Part shown: positions 50,691-50,735 of the stretch, piece by piece | Layout: each line of letters starts with the position of its first letter | Numbering within the stretch: the first letter of the stretch is position 1 | Position numbers and translations under genes: made by a program | Origin: Callorhinchus milii | Lineage: Eukaryota | Assembly (NCBI RefSeq): GCF_018977255.1 | Contig: NW_024705372.1 | Coordinates: forward strand, 1-50,735 | Reading direction: 5' to 3' | DNA length: 50,735 nt | The notes under the pieces: generated by a model | The model's database searches: none | What the model was told of the DNA's origin: nothing | What the model saw: the letters and a program-made list of their open reading frames with translations, nothing else

Positions 50691-50735
50691 CCAGGTCGCT
50701 TTCCGAAACAGAGCTGCGTCGTAATTTTCGCTCAG

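Overview
Eukaryotic, transposon-rich, apparently intergenic or intronic DNA. The repeat content (V-SINE-like and Deu-like tRNA SINEs, a fish-type Tc1 end, a Rex1/Babar-type LINE, Penelope-like elements, CpG-rich background) suggests a lamprey or other fish-like vertebrate; this is inference. I could not support any host protein-coding exon. All recognisable coding sequence is decayed transposon: a frameshifted APE+RT LINE (11953-15167, minus), a 5'-truncated Penelope RT+GIY-YIG ORF (37511-38463, minus) and a Tc1 transposase C-terminus (8002-8115). The most structured signal is six short fold-back Penelope pLTR-only insertions, each with an 11-15 bp target-site duplication, a fixed end and an approximately 35-nt tail. 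Several carry minimal hammerhead-ribozyme motifs whose stem II changes sequence but keeps pairing between subfamilies. One copy sits in a three-level nest (fold-back MITE > mini-Penelope > LINE + minisatellite). About 15.4 kb (21881 to ~37290), directly after a 30-N gap, reads as random sequence unlike its flanks and is most likely an artefact or synthetic fill. I found no convincing new protein-based system.
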